A stretch of 64,000 nucleotides of DNA from Trichosphaerium sp. ATCC 40318 (taxonomy: Eukaryota; Protista; Tubulinea). Location: the NCBI GenBank assembly GCA_038496445.1, contig JALMLS010000539.1:11093-75092 (forward strand), in the 5' to 3' direction. The notes below the pieces were generated by a model. It had not been told where the DNA came from and did not search any database. It worked only from the letters and a program-made list of their open reading frames with translations. The translations under genes were made by a program, and so were the position numbers. Shown here one piece after another: positions 23,688 through 35,893 of the stretch; the first letter of the stretch is position 1; each line of letters opens with the position of its first letter.

Positions 23688-24424
23688 CTCCAACGTGCTT
23701 TTTTATAAGGATTTTTTAGAAACCAAGTTGCATATCATTCAGTCAAAGTTCAAACATGAGGAAAGCTAGGGATTATTGTACAATCTATGGCATCTGAAGT
23801 CGTAACTAAATGCATTGGTTGGGATGGCTCAACAAACAAAATGGAGAAAATCATTTCTGTCTTATCCAGGATGGGTTGACTTTGTTACAAAATACAGAAT
23901 TTTGTCCGAAATCTTTCGCAAACTTTTACAGCCACTCTATAATTCTGGTTTTGTGGGCTGTTGGAATTGTTAAAGGCACACAAAAGACGAGAATACGGGT
24001 ACGAGAGACGTGGCCTTAGTTGTAAGATAACATTTATTATTATTATGACGGGTCGTTACATAATTCAGAGAATACATTTTACCATTATCTCGATCGAGAT
24101 GGCATGATTAAAAGTAATCAGAGAATAGTAACGTATGCTGTTGCACGTTACTGTTGACTATTACGGATGTAGCCTTACACCACGTGATTATTTTGTTGAT
24201 ACCAATAATTAGGAAACTCGTAGCTGTCATGAATGTAAAAGGTAAAAAGCTATTGCGCAATTATACGCTCTTATTAGCCACCTATCTCTCGTGTACGGAT
24301 GGCTGTAACGAACAATATTTTTCTACGATCATCTGTTTTTAGGCAAAATTAGCCTTCGCTTCACAGAATGGGGACGGAGGCTGTATAAGCAAACAGTAAA
24401 AAACACTACAAACGAATACAACAC

Positions 24425-25371
24425 ATGCTAGACTCTATAAAAAGCTTTAACAAGGGTGAATTAAAGGAAACTGGTAAAACAGCCTTTAAATCAACAGCAA
24501 CCGTTGAAGGAAGAAAGTTACTAGGCTCTATCCGTGGGTTTAACCGTAAAGAGTTGGCAGAACAAGATAAAAATATAAGAGGCGAGACATTGGTAGTTGC
24601 GAAGGGTAGATCGTGTTACGGCATGGATGGAGAGGATGCTACAGAATATTTCGACACAGACGAAGAAATAGCTCAAAAAGTAAAGAAACTCGCTGAATAC
24701 GTCAAGCAATCCAAGTACATGGTACGACAACGCGTACTGCGTAATAAACTCCGACGGTTTATTAATTACATTCACAGGTCGCTTTCACAGGCGCTGGTAT
24801 ATCAACATCTAGTGGCATTCCTGATTTCAGAGGTCCCAAGGGTGTTTGGACGTTAAAGGAGCAGGGAAAGGTATATTTAGAAAAGAAAATGACAACTTTG
24901 TGCTAACGCGACTACTAGCATGCAAAGGGCGTCGATATGAAAAAAGCCAATCCTACAAAAGCACATGTTGCTCTAGCAAAGCTTGCCGATAAAGACATAC
25001 TAAAATACGTCGTTACAACAAATGTTGATGGGTTACATGAGAAGGGAGGGTTGCCTCCAAGTAAGTTTTGCGAATTACATGGCTCATTAAAGAAAGGGTA
25101 TACGATAGCTTTTGGACAAGAGCTTCCAAAGGAAGAAATAGATAAGGCTATGAATCACTCAAACCAATGCGATTTGGCACTAGTTCTTGGTACATCTATG
25201 CGTGTATCTCCAGCAGCTAATTTACCAGAACATTCGTATAAAAACAAAGGTCACTTGGTTATTTGTAATCTACAAAAAACTCCTTATGATCGGTATGCTT
25301 CTATAGTATTGCATGCGCGTACAGATCAAGTTATGGAGTTATTGATGAAGGAACTAGCTATTGACTTGTAA
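24425..25371 (+). CDS. Class IV-like (SIRT6/7-type) sirtuin with two N-terminal thymosin/WH2-like repeats, lacking the Zn-binding subdomain; 2 introns
   Basis: [51 protein letters not shown]; [10 protein letters not shown]; TTNVDGLH; ELHG; [14 protein letters not shown]; [10 protein letters not shown]. Confidence 0.9.
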
Positions 25372-25424
25372 TAAAAAAATAAACTTGACTTAATTGAATT
25401 CAAATTCAATTTTTTCGGCTACTG

Positions 25425-26399
25425 ATGAACACAAAGATGAAGCTGGTCGTTTTTATTTGTTAGTTGGTGTCTTACTGCTGTTCATAGACAAAGAAGCCAA
25501 AGAGCGCTCGAGAAGACTCAAATGGCAATGGTGATAAACGTAAAAAGCGCGTGGATGAAATACTGGGTGACGATAAGCTGTCACTGGCTTTTAAAGCCTT
25601 TTTACACGATAGATACCAAGATGAAATATTTGAGTGCGTGAACTGTTCTTTGTCACCTACACGCGTTGTTCAGGCGATTAAAACCATTTCAAAACAGCTT
25701 GTATTAATTTAGCAGTACAACGTATCAAATTTCTATTTACGTTACGCAATGCATTATAAGAAGCCAATTACTGAGTTTTATCGTATTTACTTTTTGTAAT
25801 TGATGTACGTTCTAACTTGCTTTAGCTTTTACGTTGAAGTCCTAGTGTTTGAAGAAACAAAAGAAAAGAATAATTTAAAGCGGTTGGGACTAGCTATTTA
25901 CAGTCATTTTTTTTTGGAAGTATGTACTGTTTATAAGTCGTTTCTTTCTATTCTAATACTTACTTTAAAGGTTAAACTTCCTTGTACCAAGCGTGTGTCG
26001 GATAAGATATCGGCAGCAATACATTCAAATAGTTTTGATAATACGCTGTTTAATCTAGCTAAAGTAGAGGTCAGGCAATTGCTTGATACATATGCTATAG
26101 ATTTTAATGAAAAGGGTGATAAATCAGCTAAAATGAAGAAAGTTAAACAAGTTAAGAAATCAAAAGAAGCCGAAAGTGAAGACTTACGTGATATGATAAG
26201 TCAGTTAAAGTCTATTGTCTACTTGAGCTTTGATCATGTTCAACATGAGATTAAAAGCCTTGGACAAAGGCTTACGGCACTAGAACAGAACATGGACGGT
26301 GTTTTAGATAAATTAGAAGATTTAGAGCAACATCAAACACGCCAAGCGCCAACAGAGAGTATAATGATGGACTTACTTGTTGATATGGACGCTGAATAA
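25425..26399 (+). CDS. RGS-domain protein with C-terminal coiled coil, multi-exon
   Basis: VDEILGDDKLSLAFKAFLHDRYQDEIF-FYVEVLVFEE...AIYSHFF...FDNTLFNLAKVEVRQLL (RGS pattern); heptad IKSLGQRLTALEQNMDGVLDKLEDL. Confidence 0.7.
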
Positions 26400-27258
26400 A
26401 TAAATAAATATACGTTGTATTTTGTACTTTTGATAACCAAGTTGTAGCGTTTAAAGTATAAAGGGGAACCTCTTTTGTTTATTGTAGAGGTCCTACACTG
26501 TATTTTTATTCAACAGCAAGATATATATTTTGAGATTCTTTGAACTTTGGAAGTGTTGTGAATGAAAAACGAATTCGGTGTCTAAGAAACTTTCTCAAGT
26601 CAAGAGTACCGTCATTTCTAGTTCTAGTTACGTTGTTTGTCTTTTTTAGGTATAAGTTACCTTGTATTAGTAAACTTTACTGAAAATATCACGTGCGAAT
26701 TGATTCAGGAAAAACTCTCAAATGTTCGAGAAATTTGCCCGGTTTGAAACTTCATTATTTTAGATTGTATTTTTGATGACAACTACTCTTACTATTTTAC
26801 TTAAACCGTGTTACAACGTCACCATAGAACCTGTGCGGTGCTTACGACAAACAACACAAAAGAAGAAAAAAACACAAAGAATCAAACCGAAATGTTGCAC
26901 GAGAGTTTCTCTTACACCTATTTGTATTATACAGCCTAGAGAAACAAGATTGAATACCCGTATCATTACGTTAGGGTGACTGAATTTGTATGGAATCATT
27001 TTCCTTGTAATATTATTTGAGGGCGCAAAAAAATAAAGATATCTTGTACTTTACTATGAATCGTTATCAAATTGCAAGAACACTCCTCTTTTAGCGATCC
27101 AAACGTCAAATCACTTTACGCAATGTTAGTGAACGCTCTCATAAGAACACTAAGTGAAACATATCGAGAAATCGACCTCATTGAGCAAAAATGCAAGCTG
27201 GTTGCCTAAAAAGGAACAATCAACAGTTCATGTTTTTGACAATTTCTATGTTTATTTG

Positions 27259-27640
27259 TCATTTAGGAGGCGGAACAACACGCTGACTTGGCGCATCACA
27301 TTGGTCATTGCCACACATAATACGATGGAAGGGTAAATACTCTCTCAGGTACTTTTGATGTAATTGGTTGGCTATTTTGATTCCAACTCGGTTAGGACTC
27401 GTACCAGACTCGTATTGAATGAATATATGCATTGCTGGATCGTTTGAACCGAGATAAAAAAGGTCTCCAGGTTCAAGAGCCAAAAACCTTATCATTACCA
27501 AGTGCGACGCCACGGGTACTAGTTCTTGGAGTGTTTGAGCTATTGCGGCCTTAATCTTGTGGAAGCTCAAAATTGTATTGAATCTTTACAAATGCGGCAC
27601 TTTTAGTCTTGAAATTCTTCTTGTGATGTTTACTACTCAT
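27259..27640 (-). CDS. MIF/tautomerase-fold-like small protein, apparently frameshifted near 27555
   Basis: AFVKIQYNFELPQ / IKAAIAQTLQELVPVASHLVMIRF...LFYLGSNDPAMHIFI resembles the MIF pattern (FGGSSEPCA); the ATG frame stops at the junction. Confidence 0.4.
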
Positions 27641-27749
27641 ACAAATACAAATTTAATCAGACATTTCATTGAAAGTAAGAATTTAATTTAACGATAATTG
27701 ATTGTGCTTTTTGCTTAGAATTACGTTTATCCGCTCGCCCACACAATAC

Positions 27750-28443
27750 ATGGAACAATCAGAGCATCAAGTGATCGAAACAGCAGTACCAGGCCTATTC
27801 CTTGTAAAAGACTTTCTAAGCGAACTTGAAGAGACTACACTCGTATTGGATATTGACAATGAGGTTTGGAAGCCAAACAGACAAGAAACTCGTCGTATTC
27901 AAATATACGGTAACAACGAACAGTATAGCTACTATTCTTACGCGTCTTTTAGGCCCCTGGCACAATGAAAAGTACGAAAAAATCGTTCAGCTTTTTAAAA
28001 ACGAGAAACTAACGTAGCACTAGATTACACAAGACACAAAGGTTACACCACACCCAGGATTTTCAAAACAAATATGCACAAAGATAGTTACATTCTGCAC
28101 AAAAAACTTCAAAAAAGCTAAAGTCATTGAAGGTAAACTAGGCCAAGATGAGTATACTGAACTATTTGTGAATGAGTATACACCATTACAGAGTTTACAG
28201 TTCCATACAGATCATCGAAGTACATACAAAGAGACGATATTTGGTGTTAGTTTATTGTGTCCGATGATTTTTTCTTTCAAGCTTTCTGGAAAGACAACCA
28301 AGGTTACTTTACCTCCCAGATCGTTGTATCTGATGACAGGAGATTCAAGGTTTAAGTACAAACATGGTGTTCACACAAATAGCGTACTTGGAGAACGTAG
28401 AGTATCATTAACATTCAGAATGGTCAATTATACTGATAAATAA
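27750..28443 (+). CDS. AlkB-like 2OG-Fe(II) dioxygenase, multi-exon
   Basis: VPGLFLVKDFLSELEE, RRIQIYG, VNEY, FHTDH (HxD), LPPRSLYLMTGDSRFKYKHGV (H), RVSLTFR. Confidence 0.88.
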
Positions 28444-28519
28444 AAACTACACGACAGCTTGTTGTCCAATCCTAGTTATATCAAAATAGTTCTTATTTTA
28501 TTCGCACGTTCTATGTGAT

Positions 28520-29129
28520 ATTATCCCACTTGGCTCTCGCGAAGTTTGGGATCTTGTAGTTTATAAATAGGAAAGTCGGAACATTCACACCACTTTTATA
28601 ATGTGACATATACTTATTCTGTTACAAAGATTAGTAGAACATCTTTTGCAGGTCTAATAAAACAGATATCATCAACCCTGGTTTGTGCTAAAACATAAAT
28701 TTGTTTAGTTTACCTGATTGTTTTCACCCTTGAAGTCTAAGTGGTTCAAGAGAATTTGCTACAAAGACAGAGACCGAAAATCATTTTATTCAGTACGCTT
28801 TTGATTTAATACAACGAAGCTTTAAGTTTAGCAAAGCCTTTCCCTAATAGGGCTAGTTTCATTTGCTTTTCGAAATCAACTTTAGTTTCCTACTTAGCAC
28901 ATTCCTTAGCCCCTTCACATTGTTCATCTGCATTGATTGGTCTGACAACAGTGTAGCAATCTTTGGCACTTAAGCTGTAGGTTCCTGCGTTCTTTCGGAG
29001 AAGTTCCTTTATAAGCTTCACTTGTTCACCACGTGAAGCCTTTCTGACTGCATTTGAGAGAGCTTTCACCTGAGAATCTGAAATGCGGGGCCGTATTGGT
29101 TTCCAAAGGTTCTGTCCTACACGTGGCAT
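28520..29129 (-). CDS. Hypothetical helical protein (weak DUF4476-like pattern), multi-exon; 3' end uncertain
   Basis: ISDSQVKALSNAVRKASRGEQVKLIKELLRKNAGTYSLSAKDCYTVV; further exon QILLNHLDFKGE. Confidence 0.35.
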
Positions 29130-29596
29130 TCTGCTTGAGTTGTATGATGCTTGTTGTTTGTAAATTATGTTGATTATACGTACGTGTTTTAAGCAGTTTT
29201 TTGAGCCAGATAATGACTAGGTGTGCCGGTTCTGCTTTGGTGTAACTTCGTATTACATGGCATTAACTACTTATCCGTATAGTTCAAGTTGTGAGAGCGC
29301 ACTGTTCAAGCAGTCAAGCTATCATTGTGTTTAGTGATTTTGTTACGTGATAACTTGAATTCCTTAAAAAAAGCCATACATGCTTGTCTGAGCAGAGGTA
29401 TGCTAGCACAAGAAATCAGCAGTCCATTTAATATGATTGATTGGATGTTTTTCAACGACAGGTGCCCAGAAGTCAACAAAAATTCACTTAACCATTGTTC
29501 GAAACTGCGGTTTACGGTTTTAATACAAGGCAAGTGATTTATGTTACTACGTAACTAGTACGCGCTGACAGCAAATTCAGCATGGAATAGAGCACA

Positions 29597-30978
29597 ATGG
29601 AGCCAAAACCACACAAAAACAAAAAAAAAACAGTAAAACTACCGAATAATACGTGGATACGCATAGCGAACAATATACCACTATCATGCGCGCTATTTGC
29701 ACTATCTTTAACTTGTAAATCTCTTTACAAAGTGAGCAGAAAGCGTGCATACGATTGCGTTCGTATTCTAGAACCTAAAGATACCATTCTAGTGGAAAAA
29801 TCAGATACAGGTATGAAACGAACACTGAGAGCTTTATTTTTACTTTTTGACATGATCTAGGCGTGTATATTCGAAGGTACTCATGGATTCAAGATGCTAT
29901 GAGTACCTTAAAACCCTTGGAGGTTGCTGAAGCCAAGAAAAAAGGAAAAACTTCGTTTATGTCTAAAATATTCTCGAAAAAAAAGAAGTCTTCAGAGTTT
30001 CAACCTAAGAATACTGATACTCGTACTGATACTTTAGCTAAAAAAAGTACCCGTATTTTAGTTACTGTAGTTGGTGATGAGAACGCCGGTAATTATCTTG
30101 ATGTCAACAGTACTTGTCACGTGTTAAATCTATATTTAGGCAAACATACTCTCTTTTCATCTTTTTTCAAAGATAGGTTCACAAGTGGAAAGAATGAAAG
30201 GTTATACCATGTACCTGTATAGAATGAGTTATGCGTGTTTTAACTGCAACCCATAGGAAGCAAAAACAGTGATGTTAAACGATATTGAAGGTAAAATAGC
30301 TGTTGTACGTACTATAGAATTTGTGCTTATTCACTAGGCTTTTTGCACATCTTCTGGTTCATATTTACCTTAATCTCAGAATTGCCCACGCCCATCAAAG
30401 TGGAGTAATACACGCTATCAAAAAAACACAAACATAGGGATCATTATGGTCGATCTTACTAGTACTGAAAGTACGTCTGCAAACAAACAGAAAAAGTATT
30501 TCTTATGAAAAAAAAAAGGTTGTTTTCTTAAGTTTTTGGTCGCTTGTTTGTACCTTCCAAATTGATTTAAAGCCCTGTTTTAATGTTATACAATTTACAA
30601 AAGTTGTGAGCGTTGCTCATGTCTTGTTCAGATGTTTGTAACTTTTTACTAGGTTGGGAAGACACAACAAATTATTTTAGTGAACTCCAACGTTACTGTA
30701 TCCATGTTACTTTCTATGTTATAGTATTTACAAAAAAGGACATGGACGAAGATCACGTTGTATCTGAGAGTGATATCAAGGTACCCAAAAAAAACATAAG
30801 CGGAAATACAAGAAGGTAGCTCCTAATAATTTGTTTTGAATAGGAGTTCATGATGACTTCAATTACTGACTTTGACATTTGTTGTGTTGAGATTAATACT
30901 ACATCAGTTCCAGATGTTGAACACTTATTCGAGTTTATACTTCATAGATGGATAAGTAAACAAAAGAAGATGATATAG
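29597..30978 (+). CDS. F-box-like + degenerate Ras-superfamily GTPase domain fusion, multi-exon
   Basis: KLPNNTWIRIANNIPLSCALFALSLTCKSLY (F-box-like); ILVTVVGDENAG-KHTL (G1-like), IIMVDLT, YVIVFTKKDM (G4-like TKxD), EINTTSVPDVEHLF. Confidence 0.65.
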
Positions 30979-31297
30979 GTGTTGTAAGATAAAACAGATT
31001 CCTGACGTGATGTGAACAGCTTACAAATACAAGCCACTATCTACCTCAGGTGAAGTTGTCTTCATCTGAATCTTGAGAGAAATCGTCCGAGAATTCAAAT
31101 AAATAGTTGATTTTGATTGACGACATATTGGTTATTTCAAAAGAGAGTTTGAGTGTTCGTTAGGACAACTTGTATTTCATAAAAATTACATAAATTTGAA
31201 CGTAGGATAGATACAAACTCCACTTTTTTTAGTGCTTTTATTTTTGATACTTGCTTTTACAATTGTAGGCAGTATTGGTGATATTATTATTTCGTTC

Positions 31298-31867
31298 TCA
31301 CTTTAAGACATACTTTACAGTACAGTTATCACCTCCTCCTTGAATGACCAAAACACTGGGTGGTGTAGCTTCACTATGATTGGATCCAGCGAACGGGTTT
31401 GAAGTTGTCAAAACATACTCTTTGCCTGTCTTCTCGTCCTTGTACCATACTTTGGCCACTGTAACACCTGTCATAAATCCGTGGCTCTCACATCCATATG
31501 CTTCTTGAGTGTTTGCCTTGATATTAGAAGGAGGAAGAATCGAGCTACTCCATATGCCTAAAATAGATATATTGAGCAAACAAGTTAAATATAGTTTATC
31601 TTCGTTTTGTACCTGAGCCATCAGAGTTTTCTTTTGGTTGAGGCGCTTTTACAAGTGTTAGGTCGTTTCCTGTTTTATTGACAACAATAACATCGACACT
31701 TCGGGTCGCTCTACCATCCCCAAATAGATTTTTCTTTAACCTGGATGCAAGTGTATTACCAATATCGACAGCTATACAAATGCTGTTAGCTAAAAATAAG
31801 CTTAATAAATGTGGTTTGATTTACCTTGTTCTGTTGCGAATGCTATTGCTGCTGCTTGAAATGCCAT
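31298..31867 (-). CDS. Aegerolysin/actinoporin-like small beta-sandwich protein, copy 1 (3 exons, ~153 aa)
   Basis: MAFQAAAIAFATEQ-AVDIGNTLASRLKKNLFGDGRATRSVDVIVVNKTGNDLTL...GIWSSSILPPSNI...CESHGFMTGVTVAKVWY...SNPFAGSNH...QGGGDNCTVKYVLK. Confidence 0.7.
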
Positions 31868-32081
31868 TTTGATCTGATGAGGTGCTTTGTTGCTTGTGAT
31901 TTGTTGTTATTTTTAATATTGACACAACTTGACCAGTAAATAAACGCATGAAAATACCATATTTGCCTAAATGTTTCACTACTGAATAAAATCGGTAAGC
32001 TTGAAACAGTATTCTTCACTGTATGAGGGAGATAGCACAACGAAAACTACAAAGTAGTGGACAATTTCGGGAGTTAATTAA

Positions 32082-33988
32082 CAATACTACAGCGCTTTAA
32101 CTATCTTAAAACCTATTTTTTCTACCCGTATTCACATATTTCCACGTCGAAGAGCATATTGAGAGGTTTAAGGAGCTTTTACCATATGCTATTTTTGTCT
32201 TTTCACTCAGAGCAAACTTTTGGGGTTACCAATTTTACGAAATGATGCTGATAACCAACCGAAAAAACGATGGTTTTTTAGTAGTATACAACCAATGCAA
32301 GCGACCAAATGGCTCTGTTCGCTTTCGGTCTGGCAGTGTGCCAAAAACGTTGGCAAATTTCATAAACTAAATTTGAATACCAGTTTTCAGTTTGTTTCGT
32401 ACCGGCCCATCGAGTCGTCATCAAAAAAGTCAACTTTTGTAAACCCAAAAATTGTGGATTTCACAATAAAGAATACGTAACTCCCCAATGTCGCAACAAC
32501 GCCGTGGCTTTTCCAAGTATTATGACAAACGCCCAAAGGATCGCGTGTTGAAACGGTCAAACAGAGAATCCATACAGTATGTACTTCATAACATCTGCGA
32601 TACTGGCAACTAATATTTCTTTGGGCTCCGATTTTGACAGCAGCATTGAAGCCTTACGGATTTACCTATGTTGACTATCCCGTGTTAGACGTTTGGACTA
32701 AACTTAAAAAACAACGTAACGTTATTGGTATTGGAAAAGCCAAGACACCAATGGCATTTTTCACCTTCAAGTGGGATAATAAGATTTTTGAAAACTTGTT
32801 ATTCACAAGCACATATGAACAACATCACACTGACCTAAAAAATGGGATCACTACCCATATGACGAACTTCTCTGGTATAGTGATATGGCATGGGATTATT
32901 GGAATACAGAATATTCGCACATTGTGGAGCACAGGTGAAGCACAAATTTTATTTACTGGGAAGACAGGTTTGTTGCAACTTAATCACTACTTCAACATCT
33001 CTGCCAACATGAAATTTGATGCTAACATGGTACATTCATTTCTAGTGATTGTCTTTAAGCGCCACATGGTACCAGGTTATTTCACTTGTGCTGATGAAAT
33101 CTGTATTCCATCATAATATTTCAATTGCCATATAAAAACTCACAACACTAAGAAACCATACGCATGGGCCATAGAATTGAAGTGTCTCGATGATTCGAAC
33201 TAGATATCTGATTGACTTTATCAATACTTTGATATAGCCTCATCTCACACCAAATGAATCCTTCTTTCATGTGCAAAATGGTCGAAAACAATTGGAAGGT
33301 GCCATTTTTTTACATGTGACTCTAATTTTTGTTCAGCCATGGATCTCAACAAGCCGGGGAATTTGACTTAGACGCTACTTCATCATGTAATACCAACCAC
33401 TGTCAGTGGCCTTGCAGCAATCAATTGCAAAAAAAGTGCCTGTGGGATACACAAGATTGGCACCATTGGACAAAACTGTTGCTGTTGCAACAAATAGCAA
33501 TGAAATCGTAAAGTTGGCCACCACTCTCTACTGTATGCATGATGACAAAAGTTCATTTGACAGTAGCAATAAAAGATATGTTCAAAAATAAAAATGATGA
33601 CACCAAGGGAAATAGTGATCAATTTGGCCAGCTGGTCAAGTCCTATTGTACAGATAGGCGGTTCAAAAAATGGAACATGACACTTCTTGTTGGTTGGTTT
33701 TACTACACCCTCACAACTGCTTTTATTCTGTATAAGTGTCAAGACGGAACCCTTACTCCCAAAGGTTTTTTACAAGAAATTGCAACGGAATTGCTTCTCA
33801 CAGGGACAGGAAAATAACCTCCTAATATATTTGTGACAGTTTTTTTTTTCTTGTGATTTTTCATGACGACTCCTTTGGCCGGTTATGTTTTCGGTATGGT
33901 TCGGTAGATTTGCACTGCCCGTTTCTAAAAAGAAGTTTTTCTAAGGCCTCGTACCTGCACAAAACCTTTGAAATACACAGTAATGTTG
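32082..33988 (+). mobile_element. Decayed piggyBac-like DNA transposon (transposase pseudogene)
   Basis: Fragments PGYFTCADEICIP, KKPYAWAIELKCL, FFTCDSNF, TKGNSDQFGQLVKSYCTDRRFKKWNMTL...AFILY correspond to piggyBac DE, KP, DN and GGVD..DQ...RR..KW motifs, with stops and frameshifts; possible degenerate ends ttaa-caatactacagcg (32078) and cacagtaatgttg-ttaa (33992). Confidence 0.75.
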
Positions 33989-34212
33989 TTAAACATTGTA
34001 CTAGTGTATCAGTCACGTGTGATCAAAATTGTAAACAGATTACTAGAAAGTAAGAGTGAGTCGTTTTCTCCCAATATCTTATGTACAGGGCTGAGTAAAA
34101 GAATGTGTATTGCAAACAATAGCAAATAAGCTAGAGATATTTCTAAAGAAACGAGGTGCACGTTCAAATACAAATACTAAGAAATCAACTTGTAATAGAA
34201 AACAAACACAAG

Positions 34213-35070
34213 TCAAACGCTTTTAGTTTGTTTTTTGCCATGTATCCACATGGACTGTTCCTTTAGTTGCCCATCCTCATACCATTCAGTGGACATGCTG
34301 TGTTGTTCATTATTTACCCACAAAGAATGTTCCTTTTGTTGTCCATTTGCATACCATTCTTTAGTTTCACCGTTTAGTTTATCATCAACCCAAATAGAAT
34401 ATTCCTTTTGTTGTCCATTTTCATACCAATCTTTTCGTTCACCATGTTGTTTACCATGAATGGACATTAACTGGTACTTTAGTTGTCCATTATCATGCCA
34501 TCCTTTGCGTTCACCATGTATTTTACCATCAATGGACATGTACTGGTATTTTATTTGTCCATTTTCATACCATCCTTTACTCTCGCCATGTTTTGTACCG
34601 TCAACCCACATGCCTTGTGCTTGGATTTTTCCACTTTCATACCATTCTTTGCGTTCACCATGTTGTTTATCATCAACCCACATGAACTGGTACTGTAGTT
34701 GTCCATTTTCATACCATACTTTGCATTCACCTTGTTTTTTATCATCAACAAACATTAACTGGTACTTCAGTTGTCCATTGTCATACCATCCTTTGCATTC
34801 ACCTTGGTTTTTACCATTAATAATCGTATGTTGGCTCTTCAATTGTCCAGTTGTGTGCCATGTTTTAATTGGACCATTCACCATGTGTTGATGCAAATAA
34901 ACTTTTCCACTTTTATACCATTGTATCCACATTCCTTTTCTTTGTAAAGTTTCATCAAAATGAGTATTAATTGCAGCTCTCTTTGATAGAGTATGAAACT
35001 TTGTGAATACCTCATTATTGAAAGTACAAATGTAAGTCTGAAGTTCACATGGAATATCCAATAAACTCAT
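34213..35070 (-). CDS. F-box-like N-terminus + ~9 MORN-variant (YwqK-type) 24-aa repeats, intronless
   Basis: MSLLDIPCELQTYIC; repeats WYENGQLKYQxMxVDGKxHGExK. Confidence 0.85.
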   Translation of the reverse strand: MSLLDIPCELQTYICTFNNEVFTKFHTLSKRAAINTHFDETLQRKGMWIQWYKSGKVYLHQHMVNGPIKTWHTTGQLKSQHTIINGKNQGECKGWYDNGQLKYQLMFVDDKKQGECKVWYENGQLQYQFMWVDDKQHGERKEWYESGKIQAQGMWVDGTKHGESKGWYENGQIKYQYMSIDGKIHGERKGWHDNGQLKYQLMSIHGKQHGERKDWYENGQQKEYSIWVDDKLNGETKEWYANGQQKEHSLWVNNEQHSMSTEWYEDGQLKEQSMWIHGKKQTKSV

Positions 35071-35893
35071 AGTACCAATCGAGGCGCACTTTAAAAAAAA
35101 AGTTAGAAGGCAAATAAAAAAGTCAATTCTAGGTTACGCTAATTTTAAGATCAAAACAACACTAACAAGTCTTCATAAGAAGGATCTAAAAGATTTGCTA
35201 TCTTCTGCAAGGGCGCCAAAACACGTGATTTCTCTGAAATTGTCGTAACCACTTATTGAAGCGACAAATGCAAAGGAAGCGCAAACCATGACCTTAACAT
35301 AACGTTTTGTTTGAAAAAACAAAAAATGAAAGCCATTTCACTTGTAGCTTGTTAATCCCTGTAACTCAAATACCTGGTTTTTTTACGTACCATTATTATT
35401 GCCGTCGTTTTAAAAAGCGTTCAATTAGCGTAAGGCACTATCAGGCACGAACCTTGGCAATGTCGTAACAAAATTTTAAGTAGGTAATAATTTAGTTGAC
35501 TTTTTTATCAGCTATTGTCGCTGATATGTAACAATCTGTTTGAATATGGTAAAAAGCAACACAAGTTATTGAATTGATTTAGGTTAACAAGACAGGAAAC
35601 GAGCTCGCACTGTAAAACAGCCCAACGAATAGAAAACTCAGTTTTGCACAAACAAATTCACGTGGGACCAAATAGGAAGCAACTAACTACTTGGAGTAAA
35701 GGCTTGAGGCTCTACTTACTAGGTATCAAACTCGATGTGAGCTAAACAGAAAACAGTCAACACTTCTAAAGTTTATTCTTTGAGGACTAAAACGAGAATT
35801 TAGCTGCTAATAGTTTTAAGGAGTATTTATTCTTTGGATAACTTGACTTTCACAAGCACTTTTCGTGGTCATGTAGGAGTGATAGTATTGTTC

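Noticed and set aside
34235-34891. Cys/Pro/His-rich plus-strand ORFs (also 12191-12550, 45284-45643, 62448-62939, 62608-62916)
   Set aside because: Antisense or off-frame shadows of repeat-coding genes
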